A stretch of DNA of 64,000 nt from an uncultured Oscillibacter sp. (GCA_910579435.1 CAJTVF010000001.1:34412-98411); one strand, 5' to 3'; shown: positions 17,283-25,889, counted from the stretch's first letter. Notes: generated from the letters alone by a model not told the origin. Translations and numbers: made by a program.

Positions 17283-17381
17283 AACTCTCCCCGCAAAAAG
17301 TTCTCAAAAAGTTTCGGTTAAAGGGTAGCTATTGGCGCGGAGTTAGGGTATTGTGTGTTGCTGCAAAGGAGGTAGGCGGAA

Positions 17382-17678
17382 ATGAGAAAAACCCTGGAAG
17401 ATCTCTACTACGGCAACATCACACCCTGTGAACAGCAAATGACGCCTGGCTCAGAGTTGAAGCGGGCAGTGGACCGTGCCGCTAAGTGCGAGGAGCAGCT
17501 GATGGAACTCCTCAACGAGGAGGGTCAGCATATTCTCACGAGGCTTACCCGCTCTCAGCAGGAGGCCAACAGCATTACAGCAACCGAAAATTTCATCCTG
17601 GGCTTCCGTCTCGGTATTCGCCTGATGGCGGAGTGCATGGATGACAACGACGGCGCAATCAGAAGCGGAGGTGAATAG
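17382..17678 (+). CDS. DUF6809-like small protein
   Basis: LEDLYYGNI.P...E.FI.GFRLG.RLM.E pattern typical of clostridial mobile elements. Confidence 0.7.
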   Translation: MRKTLEDLYYGNITPCEQQMTPGSELKRAVDRAAKCEEQLMELLNEEGQHILTRLTRSQQEANSITATENFILGFRLGIRLMAECMDDNDGAIRSGGE

Positions 17679-17681
17679 CAA

Positions 17682-18839
17682 GTGGCAAAGCGCAGGGCAA
17701 ACGGCGAAGGAAATATTCGCAAACGCAAGGATGGCCGCTGGGAAGGGCGCTATACGGCAGGCTATGATTCAGAAACTGGAAAGCGCGTTACGAAAAATGT
17801 CCTTGGCAGAACCCAGGCTGAGGTCAAAGAAAAATTGAAATCCGCCATAGGCGATAGCCAGCGGCTGGATATTTCCAAGGCCGGGAATTACACAGTAGCG
17901 ACGTGGGTACGAACATGGTATGAGGTTTACGCCGAGCCTCGTATCCGGCCAAACACACGGGAGTACTACATGAATTATATTGAAAACCACATCGTTCCAG
18001 GTATCGGCAAAATCATGCTGGACAAATTGACGACCATTCAAATTCAGCGGTTTTACAACAATCTCCAGAAAAATGGCCGAGTCCAGCGCAAGGGATATCC
18101 TGAACTGAAAGATAAGACGCTCAGCCCGCGAGTGGTCAGAGGTGTTCATACGCTTTTGAGCAACTGTCTGGACCAAGCGGTATCGGAGCGATTGATTCTC
18201 GTGAATCCTGCTCAGGGCTGTAAATTGCCAAAGCTGGAGAAAAAGGAAATGCACATCCTGCCGCAGGAGAAGATTGGTATGTATCTGGCAGAGGCAGAAC
18301 GCCGGGGACTGCTGGCAGCCTTCTATCTAGAACTGACGACGGGCTTGAGAAGGGGAGAACTGCTTGCCCTCCTTTGGACGGACTTGAATGCCGAGGCCAG
18401 AACGATCTCCGTTACAAAACAGGTCAACCGTATTAAAGGGGAATTGGTGGTCAGTCCGCCGAAGACGCAGAACTCTGTACGGACGCTGGCAATTCCTCAG
18501 CAAGCAGTTGACCTCCTGATTGAGGAACACAAAAAGCACCCAGGTAATGCATATATGTTCCCATCGCCAAAAACCGGAACGATGTATGATCCGGATGCGT
18601 TCCGGCGGACTCATGATAAAATCCTGAAAGCAATAGGCGCGGAACACGTTCGGTTCCACGATATGAGGCACCTTTTTGCAACTCTGTCCTTGAAGAATGG
18701 TGTGGACGTGAAAACCCTCTCCGGTGCCCTGGGGCACTACTCGGCAGGGTTTACGCTGAACACGTATACCCACGCCACAACACAGATGAAGCAGGATGCG
18801 GCAGACACCATCGGAGCGGTGATCAGCAGTCAAATGTGA
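17682..18839 (+). CDS. Tyrosine integrase (Tn916/phage-like, with N-terminal arm-binding domain)
   Basis: RANGEGNIRKRKDGRWEGR N-terminus; catalytic R (TGLRRGE), HxxR (HDMRH), LGH, Y (YTH). Confidence 0.95.
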   Translation: MAKRRANGEGNIRKRKDGRWEGRYTAGYDSETGKRVTKNVLGRTQAEVKEKLKSAIGDSQRLDISKAGNYTVATWVRTWYEVYAEPRIRPNTREYYMNYIENHIVPGIGKIMLDKLTTIQIQRFYNNLQKNGRVQRKGYPELKDKTLSPRVVRGVHTLLSNCLDQAVSERLILVNPAQGCKLPKLEKKEMHILPQEKIGMYLAEAERRGLLAAFYLELTTGLRRGELLALLWTDLNAEARTISVTKQVNRIKGELVVSPPKTQNSVRTLAIPQQAVDLLIEEHKKHPGNAYMFPSPKTGTMYDPDAFRRTHDKILKAIGAEHVRFHDMRHLFATLSLKNGVDVKTLSGALGHYSAGFTLNTYTHATTQMKQDAADTIGAVISSQM

Positions 18840-18864
18840 GAAGGGAAGAGTTCCAAATAGCAGC

Positions 18865-18888
18865 ACCGGGCAGAAATTCCTGCCCGGT
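18865..18888 (+). terminator. Hairpin after integrase
   Basis: ACCGGGCAG/CTGCCCGGT stem; a similar CCGGGC/GCCCGG hairpin is at 929-951. Confidence 0.45.
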
Positions 18889-18919
18889 ACTCTTTCGTCC
18901 TTTCGGGTCGTTTCCTCGT

Positions 18920-18938
18920 GTGGGTCAAATTGTGGGTC
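18920..18938 (+). repeat. Putative integrase arm-type sites (right end)
   Basis: GTGGGTCAAATTGTGGGTC matches 1006-1024 with one mismatch. Confidence 0.65.
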
Positions 18939-18977
18939 GGACCAAAACACCAAAAATAAAGTCTGCGAAAAAGTTGC

Positions 18978-19020
18978 AAAAAACAGAGAAAACCCGCCGA
19001 AACTATATAGTTTCGGCGGG
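18978..19020 (-). terminator. Element-supplied terminator for the tRNA operon
   Basis: CCCGCCGAAACT-ATAT-AGTTTCGGCGGG perfect 12-bp stem followed by a T-rich run on the minus strand. Confidence 0.8.
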
Positions 19021-19024
19021 CCGA

Positions 19025-19101
19025 TGGTGGAGACTACTGGACTCGAACCAGTGGCCTCATGCGTGTGAAGCATGCGCTCTAACCAGCTGAGCTAAGCCTC
19101 C
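19025..19101 (-). tRNA. tRNA-Val (CAC)
   Basis: 77-nt cloverleaf GGAGGCTTAGCTCAG...CATGC-TTCACAC-GCATG...GGTTCGAGTCC...CTCCACCA. Confidence 0.97.
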
Positions 19102-19158
19102 AGATACGTATTTGATTTTCTGCCCATAAGACGCCGTGCATCACGACGTCTTATGGGG

Positions 19159-19233
19159 TGGTGACCCGTACGGGATTCGAACCCATGTTACAGCCGTGAA
19201 AGGGCCGTGTCTTAACCACTTGACCAACGGGCC
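19159..19233 (-). tRNA. tRNA-Glu (TTC)
   Basis: 75-nt GGCCCGTTGGTCAAG...CTTTCAC...GGTTCGAATCC...GGTCACCA. Confidence 0.97.
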
Positions 19234-19353
19234 GTCGTCAGAGCAAAATCCGTTCTGATCCTTTTCTTCAAAAATCTGTGGATTTCTGAAGAGCTTGGGT
19301 AAAGAGGGGGAGACGGGCTTCCATGAAGCGCCGCAAGGCGCTTCATGGAAACT

Positions 19354-19430
19354 TGGTAGCGGCACCTGGATTTGAACCGGGGACACTGCGGGTATGAACC
19401 GCATGCTCTAGCCAACTGAGCTATGCCGCC
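19354..19430 (-). tRNA. tRNA-Met (CAT), elongator type
   Basis: 77-nt GGCGGCATAGCTCAG...GTTCATACC...GCCGCTACCA; paired G1-C72. Confidence 0.93.
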
Positions 19431-19459
19431 ATGTCTGCCATCCGTAACGGACAAGTGAT

Positions 19460-19489
19460 ACTATAGCAGAAAGCCCCGGGTTTTGTCAA
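19460..19489 (-). promoter_or_regulatory. tRNA operon promoter
   Basis: TTGACA, 18 nt, extended -10 TG-c-TATAGT. Confidence 0.75.
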
Positions 19490-19571
19490 GCCCTTCCTTA
19501 ATTTTTCTTCAAAATTTTCTTCTGGGCCAAGAGGGCTCCGCTGAGAAGGAAAAATTTTTTGAAATTTCCCC

Positions 19572-19602
19572 TTGACTCTTCCCCCGGGAGAGGGCTTATG
19601 CT
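19572..19602 (+). promoter_or_regulatory. MerR-type promoter with 19-bp spacer and internal dyad
   Basis: TTGACT, 19 nt, TATGCT; imperfect dyad CTCTTCCC/GGGAGAG. Confidence 0.7.
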
Positions 19603-19643
19603 GTTTTTGAGCTCAACATTCGCAACGTTGTGGAGGTACCGCT

Positions 19644-20462
19644 ATGCTGAAGATCGGCGAATTTTCCAGACTCTCCAGAGTCGGCATCCGCTCCCTGCGC
19701 CGCTACGACGAGGCCGGGCTTCTGGCCCCGGCGTCCATTGACCCCTTTACCGGCTACCGCTACTACAGCGAGCGCCAGCTTCCTGTCGCCAACCGCATCC
19801 GGGCCCTCCGGGACATGGGCTTTTCCCTGGCCGCTGTCCGGGAGGTGCTGGGCTGCTACGACGACCCTGGGGCGCTGGAGCGATGCCTGCTGCTCCAGCG
19901 GGCGTCGGCTTGGGAGGAGATGGAGGAGGCGCGGAAGCGGCTTCGCCTATTGGACACAGCCTTGGAACGGCTGAGAAAGGACGAAACGATGATGAAATAC
20001 GATGTTACCATTAAAACCCTGCCTGAGCGTCATGTCGCCAGTGTCCGGCAGATCATCCCCAGCTATGACCGGGAAGGGGACCTGTGGCATATCTACTGCC
20101 AGGAGACTGCCCGGATGAACATTCAGGACGGGGACCCGGTGCTCTGCACCGCCATGTACTGCGACGGGGAGTTCAAAGACCAGGACGTGGATGTGGAAAT
20201 CCAGAAAAACGTGGTGGGAACTTACCCCGATACGGAACACGTAAAGTTCAAGACCGTCCCGGCGGTGCAGGTGGCCTCCGCCACGTTCCGGGGAAGCTAC
20301 GACCAAATTTCCGCCGTGAACGAGGCTGTGGCGGCCTGGGTGGAGGACAACGGCTGGACCTTTGACGGCCTCTTCTTCAACATTTACCACGTCAGCCCCC
20401 ACGAGACCCGGAATCCCGGCGAGTTCGTCACCGAGGTCTGCTATCCTGTGAAGCGGAAATGA
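19644..20462 (+). CDS. MerR-family regulator with GyrI-like effector domain (BmrR/BltR type)
   Basis: MLKIGEFSRL...LRRYDEAGLL.P..D.FTGYRYY; C-terminal ATFRGSYD...VTEVCYPV. Confidence 0.95.
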   Translation: MLKIGEFSRLSRVGIRSLRRYDEAGLLAPASIDPFTGYRYYSERQLPVANRIRALRDMGFSLAAVREVLGCYDDPGALERCLLLQRASAWEEMEEARKRLRLLDTALERLRKDETMMKYDVTIKTLPERHVASVRQIIPSYDREGDLWHIYCQETARMNIQDGDPVLCTAMYCDGEFKDQDVDVEIQKNVVGTYPDTEHVKFKTVPAVQVASATFRGSYDQISAVNEAVAAWVEDNGWTFDGLFFNIYHVSPHETRNPGEFVTEVCYPVKRK

Positions 20463-20467
20463 GAAAG

Positions 20468-20495
20468 GTCCCCCGGCGGTTTTCCGCCGGGGGAC
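20468..20495. terminator. Terminator between convergent genes
   Basis: GTCCCCCGGCGG-TTTT-CCGCCGGGGGAC perfect stem. Confidence 0.75.
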
Positions 20496-20501
20496 TGCTT
20501 T

Positions 20502-22283
20502 TTACCGCGGGAGGAACTGAATGTTCACATCCACATTGCCGCCGATGCCGGCGACGGAGCACTTGCTGGAGAACTGCCAGTAGTCCGGCTGATAGTAAAG
20601 GGTCGGGCACAGCTTCTCCGAGCTCTCGCTTTTATACTCGGGATACCAGCAGAGGTACGGCGCGATGGCCCCCTGGTCGTACTTCACGTAGCTGACATAG
20701 GTCCCGGCGTAGATCATGGGCGTGTAGCCCGCCTCCTGAATGCGTTTGCAGAAGGCGATGGCGCAGGCGGTGGCCATCTCCGGCGAGGTGCCGTAGACCC
20801 GGTAGGTAGAGTCGTGCATTTCCCAGTCATAGGCTACAGGGCCGTTGATGTTCAGGCCCCGGAGGCGATCGATGACGAAATCCGCCTCCTCGATGGCCTC
20901 CTCTACGGTGATGGCCTGGGCGAAGAAGTACACGCCGGTCTCGATCCCGGCGGCCATGGCACCCTCGATATTCTGGCGGTAGAAGGCGTCCTCGCTGATT
21001 TTGCCGGAGGAGTAGCCCCGGAGGCCGATGCGGACCATGGCGAACTCCACACCGTCGCTCCGAACCGCCTGCCAGTCGATGGTCTCGTTTGCGCTGGCCC
21101 GGTTCTGATAGGCGGAGACGTCGATGCCGAAGCGGGTGCGGAACTGGGAGCCGGTGTAAACCAGCCGGTCCGGGTGGTCCGCAGCCCAGATGAAGTCTCC
21201 GTTCTGGAGCTGATTCCGCTCTGTGCCCGCGTAGACGGGGATCTTCCGGTCGTTGTAGTCGATGGTCTCCCCGGTGGTAACGCCGGGGGTGTAGACCTCG
21301 CTGGGCTGGATGCCGGGCCCGGCGGGCTGTTCCGGCGTTACCGGGGCGCTGGGGTCCGCAGGAGTGGGCACCACGACAATGCCCCAGTCAAAGTCATTCC
21401 CCGAGCCGGGGGTCCCGGGCTCTTCGGGGCGGACAGGCTGCGCCGGGGTCACCGGGTCCACAGGCGTGACGGGGGCCTCGGTTGAAGTGTTGAGAATCTG
21501 AGGCGTGACAGAGCTGAAATTCCGGATTTCCCCGGAGACCGTCACGTTGTCCAGGGTAACGGCCCCGGTGACGCCGGGGGCGATGAGCAGGTCTCCGGTG
21601 ACGGTCATATTGGACAGGTCCGCGCCGCCCGCGGCGTTGATGAGGAGACTGCCCTCCACGCTGCTGGAGTAGCTTCCGCTGGTTTGGATCAGGACCTGGA
21701 TCATGTTGTTCAGCAGGTTCACCAGCTCCGCCCGGGTCAGGGCCTCCGTGGGGCGGAAGCTGTTGTCCGTCGCGTCGGTGATCCAGCCCCGGGCGGTGAG
21801 CTCCGCGATGTAAGGCCGGGCGTAGCCCGCCACCTGGGCCTCGTCGTAGTAAGCCAGGGCGTTGTCCGTTCCCCCTAGCTGGAAGGCCCGGGCCACCATG
21901 GTCATGGCCTGCTGGCGGGTGATGCTGTCTCCCGGCAGGGCCTTGCCCTCGCTGCCCAGGTATACCCCGGCGGCGTTGAGCTTCAAAATGGAGTCCTCCC
22001 AGCGGTTCCCCGTGGTGTCGGAGAAGGTCCCGGCGGGGGCGGCGGACTGGAACTGGAGGAAGCGGTCCAGAATTCCGGCGAAGGCCCCCCGGGTGATGGA
22101 GGCGTCAGGCCGGAAGGACCCGTCGTCGTAGCCCTGGAGCACGCCGTACTCCTGGCTCCACTTGTTTACGCTTGCCTCGGCCCAGTGTCCGCCGGTGTCG
22201 GTGAAGGCCATGGCGGGGGTGAGGAGCAGAGCCCCGGTCATAAGGCCGGAGAGGATGCGCTTGGGCAGTCGAATGTGACGCAT
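20502..22283 (-). CDS. Secreted SLH-anchored GH25 muramidase
   Basis: Signal peptide, three SLH repeats (FTDTGGHWA, FRPDASITRG, FRPTEALTRAE), Pro-rich linker, GH25 motifs GIDVSAYQ and AYDWE; start ATG 22283. Confidence 0.9.
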   Translation of the reverse strand: MRHIRLPKRILSGLMTGALLLTPAMAFTDTGGHWAEASVNKWSQEYGVLQGYDDGSFRPDASITRGAFAGILDRFLQFQSAAPAGTFSDTTGNRWEDSILKLNAAGVYLGSEGKALPGDSITRQQAMTMVARAFQLGGTDNALAYYDEAQVAGYARPYIAELTARGWITDATDNSFRPTEALTRAELVNLLNNMIQVLIQTSGSYSSSVEGSLLINAAGGADLSNMTVTGDLLIAPGVTGAVTLDNVTVSGEIRNFSSVTPQILNTSTEAPVTPVDPVTPAQPVRPEEPGTPGSGNDFDWGIVVVPTPADPSAPVTPEQPAGPGIQPSEVYTPGVTTGETIDYNDRKIPVYAGTERNQLQNGDFIWAADHPDRLVYTGSQFRTRFGIDVSAYQNRASANETIDWQAVRSDGVEFAMVRIGLRGYSSGKISEDAFYRQNIEGAMAAGIETGVYFFAQAITVEEAIEEADFVIDRLRGLNINGPVAYDWEMHDSTYRVYGTSPEMATACAIAFCKRIQEAGYTPMIYAGTYVSYVKYDQGAIAPYLCWYPEYKSESSEKLCPTLYYQPDYWQFSSKCSVAGIGGNVDVNIQFLPR

Positions 22284-22437
22284 AGCAGGTTCCTTTCGTC
22301 GTTTTTTGTCGATTGAATGTGTAAAAAAATTCCGCCGCCCGTCGGAGCCGCGGAAGAGGGTCCTCGCTGACAATTGCTTATTATATAGGAAAACCACCCG
22401 ATGGTCAAGACGCCGGGTGGTTTTTTGTGGAAACCAA

Positions 22438-23802
22438 TTATTGGTACTCAATGCGGAGCCGCAGCCGTTTTCGCTGGGGGAGGGGGCCGCCTGGCTCCTC
22501 CCGGGCGACGGAATCTCCCCGGAACACCGACAGGGCCAGGCCGATAAGGGCCATGTCCACCACTGTCTGGAAGTTCCCCACCACCAAGGGCAGGCTGGCG
22601 GAGAACAGCACAAAGCCGAAGTTCAGCGCCGCACTGAACAGGGTTTGAAGCCCCAGCGTCAAGGTTACCGCCAGCACCACCAGACGGCCCGGCAGATAGC
22701 TCTGCCGCAGGCCCTTCACCAGCAGCCAGAGGAACCGCCCCCCCAGCGCCGCCAGCAGGACCAGCAGGGGGACCCAGCCCCAGGCCGCCGCCATGGAGGC
22801 GGGGAGGAAGCCGTGGGAGAAGTCAATGGGCCGCATCTCCTGGCCGCCGCTGGTTAAGACGCGGACCCGCACCCCGGCGTGGACGGCGGCGCCAACGCTC
22901 CCGTGCTGCCGGAGGGGCGGGACGTCCTGCCAGAAAGCCTGGAGAATAAAGCCCCTGAAGCCCCTGCCCAATTTATCCTGTTCCGGGTGGAGGGCGATTT
23001 GAAGCCTTCCGCGAAGAGAGCTGAGATAGCCCTGGGAAAGAAGCCAGGTTAGCAGAAGGGCAGGGATCGCCAGGGCCGACGCAAGCCCCTTCCACCGGCC
23101 CACGCCGAACCAGTCCCGCCCCACGGCGTAAAGTGTCACCACCAGGCCGGAGAGCAGCAGCACCGAAAGACTTGACATGGAGGGGATGACCTCGCAGCTC
23201 ACCGCCAGGGGAACGCCGCCTAGAATGACAAGGACAAACCCTTTCCAGCCTTTGCCCCGGAAGCTGTAAAGCCAGAGAGCATAGATAAGAGGATACAGCG
23301 CTGACATGAGGGCGTTGTAATAGGTGGGATACAGGACCGCCCGGAGCAGAACCGTCATTGCCAGAGTTCCTATGTACACGGCCCTTGCGTGCCGGACCAG
23401 CCGGGATACGTCGAAAAAGTACATCCCCAGCATGGCCACTGTGCCCAGACCTAGGGAGGCCAGGAACCTCATGATACCCATCTGCTGGACATAGGACTGG
23501 CGGAAAAGCACCAGCAGGACCACCCCGATTGCCGCCAGGGCAATGGTCAGCCCCAGCAATCCCCACTGGGGCCGGGGCCGGTGCACCCGGTCCAGCTCGG
23601 TCCCCACGGTCACCGGGTCGCCCATGTCCTCCACCGCCAGCCGCTCCGCCTCATCGGGGGCCTTGCCCTCTTTTAGGAAATCGTCTCGCTGGTCCTCCAG
23701 GTGCCGCTCCAGCTCCCGGACCAGCAGGGGACGGGCCCGCTTCCAGCGAATCTGCCCCTGCACCGCCTCCAGATAGGCGGCGATGGTCTTACGCTCCGGC
23801 AA
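22438..23802 (-). CDS. FtsW/RodA/SpoVE-like membrane protein with N-terminal permease-prefix domain
   Basis: N-terminal YLEAVQGQIRW...ELERHLED...AVEDMGDP..VG.EL..VHRP; multi-TM body; TLGLQT..S...NFG motif. Confidence 0.75.
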   Translation of the reverse strand: MPERKTIAAYLEAVQGQIRWKRARPLLVRELERHLEDQRDDFLKEGKAPDEAERLAVEDMGDPVTVGTELDRVHRPRPQWGLLGLTIALAAIGVVLLVLFRQSYVQQMGIMRFLASLGLGTVAMLGMYFFDVSRLVRHARAVYIGTLAMTVLLRAVLYPTYYNALMSALYPLIYALWLYSFRGKGWKGFVLVILGGVPLAVSCEVIPSMSSLSVLLLSGLVVTLYAVGRDWFGVGRWKGLASALAIPALLLTWLLSQGYLSSLRGRLQIALHPEQDKLGRGFRGFILQAFWQDVPPLRQHGSVGAAVHAGVRVRVLTSGGQEMRPIDFSHGFLPASMAAAWGWVPLLVLLAALGGRFLWLLVKGLRQSYLPGRLVVLAVTLTLGLQTLFSAALNFGFVLFSASLPLVVGNFQTVVDMALIGLALSVFRGDSVAREEPGGPLPQRKRLRLRIEYQ

Positions 23803-24299
23803 GGCACGCGCCCCCTTTCAGAACCCGGCCCACGGCACGGGCGTAGGCGTTCCAGGCCGTTTCCTTCTCCTGGAGCGCGCTCCGGCCCTGCTTGGTCAGG
23901 TGGTAATACCGCCGGGTTTTCCCGGACTCCGCCGTCTGCTCATAAGCGGTGACAAACCCCTTTTCCTCCAGGCTGTGGAGGAGGGGGTAGAGGGTCCCCG
24001 CTTTCAGGCGGAAGGCGTCCTCGCTCCGCCGCCGCAGCTCGTCGATCATCTGGTAGCCGTACAGGTCCCTGTCCTCCAGCAGCTTTAAGGAAGCACTGAT
24101 TTAATCCCCGCGCACATCTTTACGCCTTAAATTTCCGCTGATCTGCGTCAGAAAATCTTGAAATCCGCCAGGATTTCTGCGATTTTCTTCCTTGCCAGCG
24201 AAAATTTCTGGCGCAAATCTGCACACGTTGATTAAATCAGCGCTTCCTTAAAACCAGCAGGGACATGCTTCCGCTGACCAGGCCCTTTTCCAGTTCCAT
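23789..24299 (-). pseudogene. PadR-family repressor interrupted by a MITE
   Basis: Removing the insert restores MELEKGLVSGSMSLLVLKLLEDRDLYGYQMIDEL...GTLYPLLHSLEEKG...RRYYHLT in one frame. Confidence 0.92.
24088..24248. mobile_element. MITE type A (161 bp with TA duplication; equivalently 159 bp with TTAA duplication)
   Basis: TIRs GGAAGCACTGATTTAATC / GATTAAATCAGCGCTTCC (1 mismatch); clean interruption of padR. Confidence 0.9.
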
Positions 24300-24312
24300 G
24301 AGCGGCCTCCTT

Positions 24313-24368
24313 ATATATAGATTACCGATATATTGACTGTCTATATTATAGATCGGAAGCCTATATAT
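24313..24368. promoter_or_regulatory. Inverted repeat upstream of padR, probable autoregulatory operator
   Basis: ATATATAGATTACCGAT ... ATCGGAAGCCTATATAT imperfect dyad. Confidence 0.45.
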
Positions 24369-24499
24369 GTTAAGAGGGAAACGAGAGAATTTCGCGGCTT
24401 CCACCAAAATCCGGGAGAATTTTTCTAAAATTCCTTGACAGGGCGGGAAGGCGGCGGATACAATAGAAAAATCATATTTTAAAAATGCGAGGTCGTTTT

Positions 24500-25759
24500 A
24501 TGAAAACACCCTTTATGACAAAAGAGCAGCTGGAGGCCGTTGCCGCTCAATACCCCACGCCCTTCCACATTTACGACGAGAAGGGCATCCGGGAGAACGC
24601 CCGGCGGCTGAAGGCCGCCTTTGCCTGGAATCCCGGCTTCCGGGAGTACTTCGCCGTCAAGGCCACCCCCACCCCCGCCATTTTGAAGATTCTTCACCAG
24701 GAGGGCTGCGGCTGCGACTGCTCGTCTCTGGCGGAGCTGGCCCTGGCGGAGCGCTGCGGGATCACCGGGGAGGAGGGGATCATGTTCTCCTCCAACAACA
24801 CCACGGAGGAGGAGTTCCAGGCCGCCCAGCGCCTGGGGGGGATCATCAATCTGGACGACATTACCCTCATCGACACCCTGGTGGACGCCGTGGGGAAGGT
24901 CCCGGAGAAGATCTGCTGCCGCTACAACCCCGGCGGGGTGTTCACCCTGGGGGAGAGCCGGGACGGCGTGCAGGTGATGGACACCCCCGGCGACGCGAAA
25001 TACGGCATGACCCGGCCCCAGCTGGCGGAGGCGTTCCGGCGGCTGAAGGAGCTGGGGGTCAAGGAGTTCGGCCTTCACGCCTTCCTGGCCTCCAATACGC
25101 TGTCCAACGACTATTATCCCGCCCTGGCCCGCATCCTCTTCCAGCTGGCGGCGGAGCTCCAGGCGGAGACGGGTTGCCGGGTCACGTTCATCAACCTCTC
25201 CGGCGGCGTGGGTGTGCCCTACCGCCCGGAGGAGCCGGAGAACGACATCGCCGTCATTGGCGAGGGCGTGCGGAAAGCCTATGAGGAGATTCTGCTCCCC
25301 GCCGGGATGGACGGCGTGGCGCTGTATACGGAGCTGGGCCGCTATATGCTGGCTCCTTACGGCCATCTGGTCACCCGGGTGATCCATGAGAAACACATTT
25401 ATAAGGAGTATATCGGCGTGGATGCATGTGCCTGTAACCTGATGCGCCCCGCCATGTACGGCGCGTACCACCATATCACGGTGATGGGGAAGGAGGATGC
25501 CCGCCGGGACCACAAGTACGACGTGGCGGGGAGCCTCTGCGAGAACAACGACAAATTCGCCGTGGACCGAATGCTGCCCAAGGTGGACGTGGGGGACCTG
25601 CTGGTGATTCACGACGCGGGGGCCCACGGGTTTTCCATGGGCTACAACTATAACGGCAAGCTCCGCTCGGCGGAGCTGCTCCTCCGGGAGGACGGCGGCG
25701 TGGAGCTGATCCGCCGGGCGGAGACGCTGGAGGATTATTTCGCGACGCTGGTCTGGTAA
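24500..25759 (+). CDS. lysA: Diaminopimelate decarboxylase
   Basis: PLP-lysine motif FAVKA, HAFLASN, INLSGG.G, ELGRY, GSLCENND; adjacent dap genes. Confidence 0.93.
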   Translation: MKTPFMTKEQLEAVAAQYPTPFHIYDEKGIRENARRLKAAFAWNPGFREYFAVKATPTPAILKILHQEGCGCDCSSLAELALAERCGITGEEGIMFSSNNTTEEEFQAAQRLGGIINLDDITLIDTLVDAVGKVPEKICCRYNPGGVFTLGESRDGVQVMDTPGDAKYGMTRPQLAEAFRRLKELGVKEFGLHAFLASNTLSNDYYPALARILFQLAAELQAETGCRVTFINLSGGVGVPYRPEEPENDIAVIGEGVRKAYEEILLPAGMDGVALYTELGRYMLAPYGHLVTRVIHEKHIYKEYIGVDACACNLMRPAMYGAYHHITVMGKEDARRDHKYDVAGSLCENNDKFAVDRMLPKVDVGDLLVIHDAGAHGFSMGYNYNGKLRSAELLLREDGGVELIRRAETLEDYFATLVW

Positions 25760-25846
25760 GTTCCTTTCCTTGAAAGGAAAGGAACCAAAGGAACTTTCGT
25801 TCGCTCTGGTCGCCTGGAGTTCAGCCGGGGCGAAGCGGCGGCAGCG
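25760..25846 (+). repeat. Dispersed intergenic repeat, copy A
   Basis: AAAGGAACCAAAGGAAC (25778) ... GCGGCGGCAGCG (25835); homologous to 43930-43999. Confidence 0.65.
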
Positions 25847-25885
25847 AAAAACCGCCTGGGAAGTACAGTCCCAGGCGGTCTTTTC
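25847..25885. terminator. Bidirectional terminator lysA/dapH
   Basis: ACCGCCTGGGA/TCCCAGGCGGT stem with A run before and T run after. Confidence 0.75.
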
Positions 25886-25889
25886 TGTT

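Larger units (their letters stand above)
846..19069. mobile_element. Integrative mobilizable element (~18.2 kb) in tRNA-Val(CAC)
   Basis: Flanking 46-bp direct repeats, integrase next to the intact tRNA, excisionase, relaxase plus accessory protein, TA pair. No T4SS, coupling protein or phage structural genes. Confidence 0.9.

Noticed and set aside
14301-18860. 11-mer GTTCCAAATAG after both the HTH and the integrase stop codons
   Set aside because: Only 11 bp with no flanking similarity; cannot be distinguished from chance.
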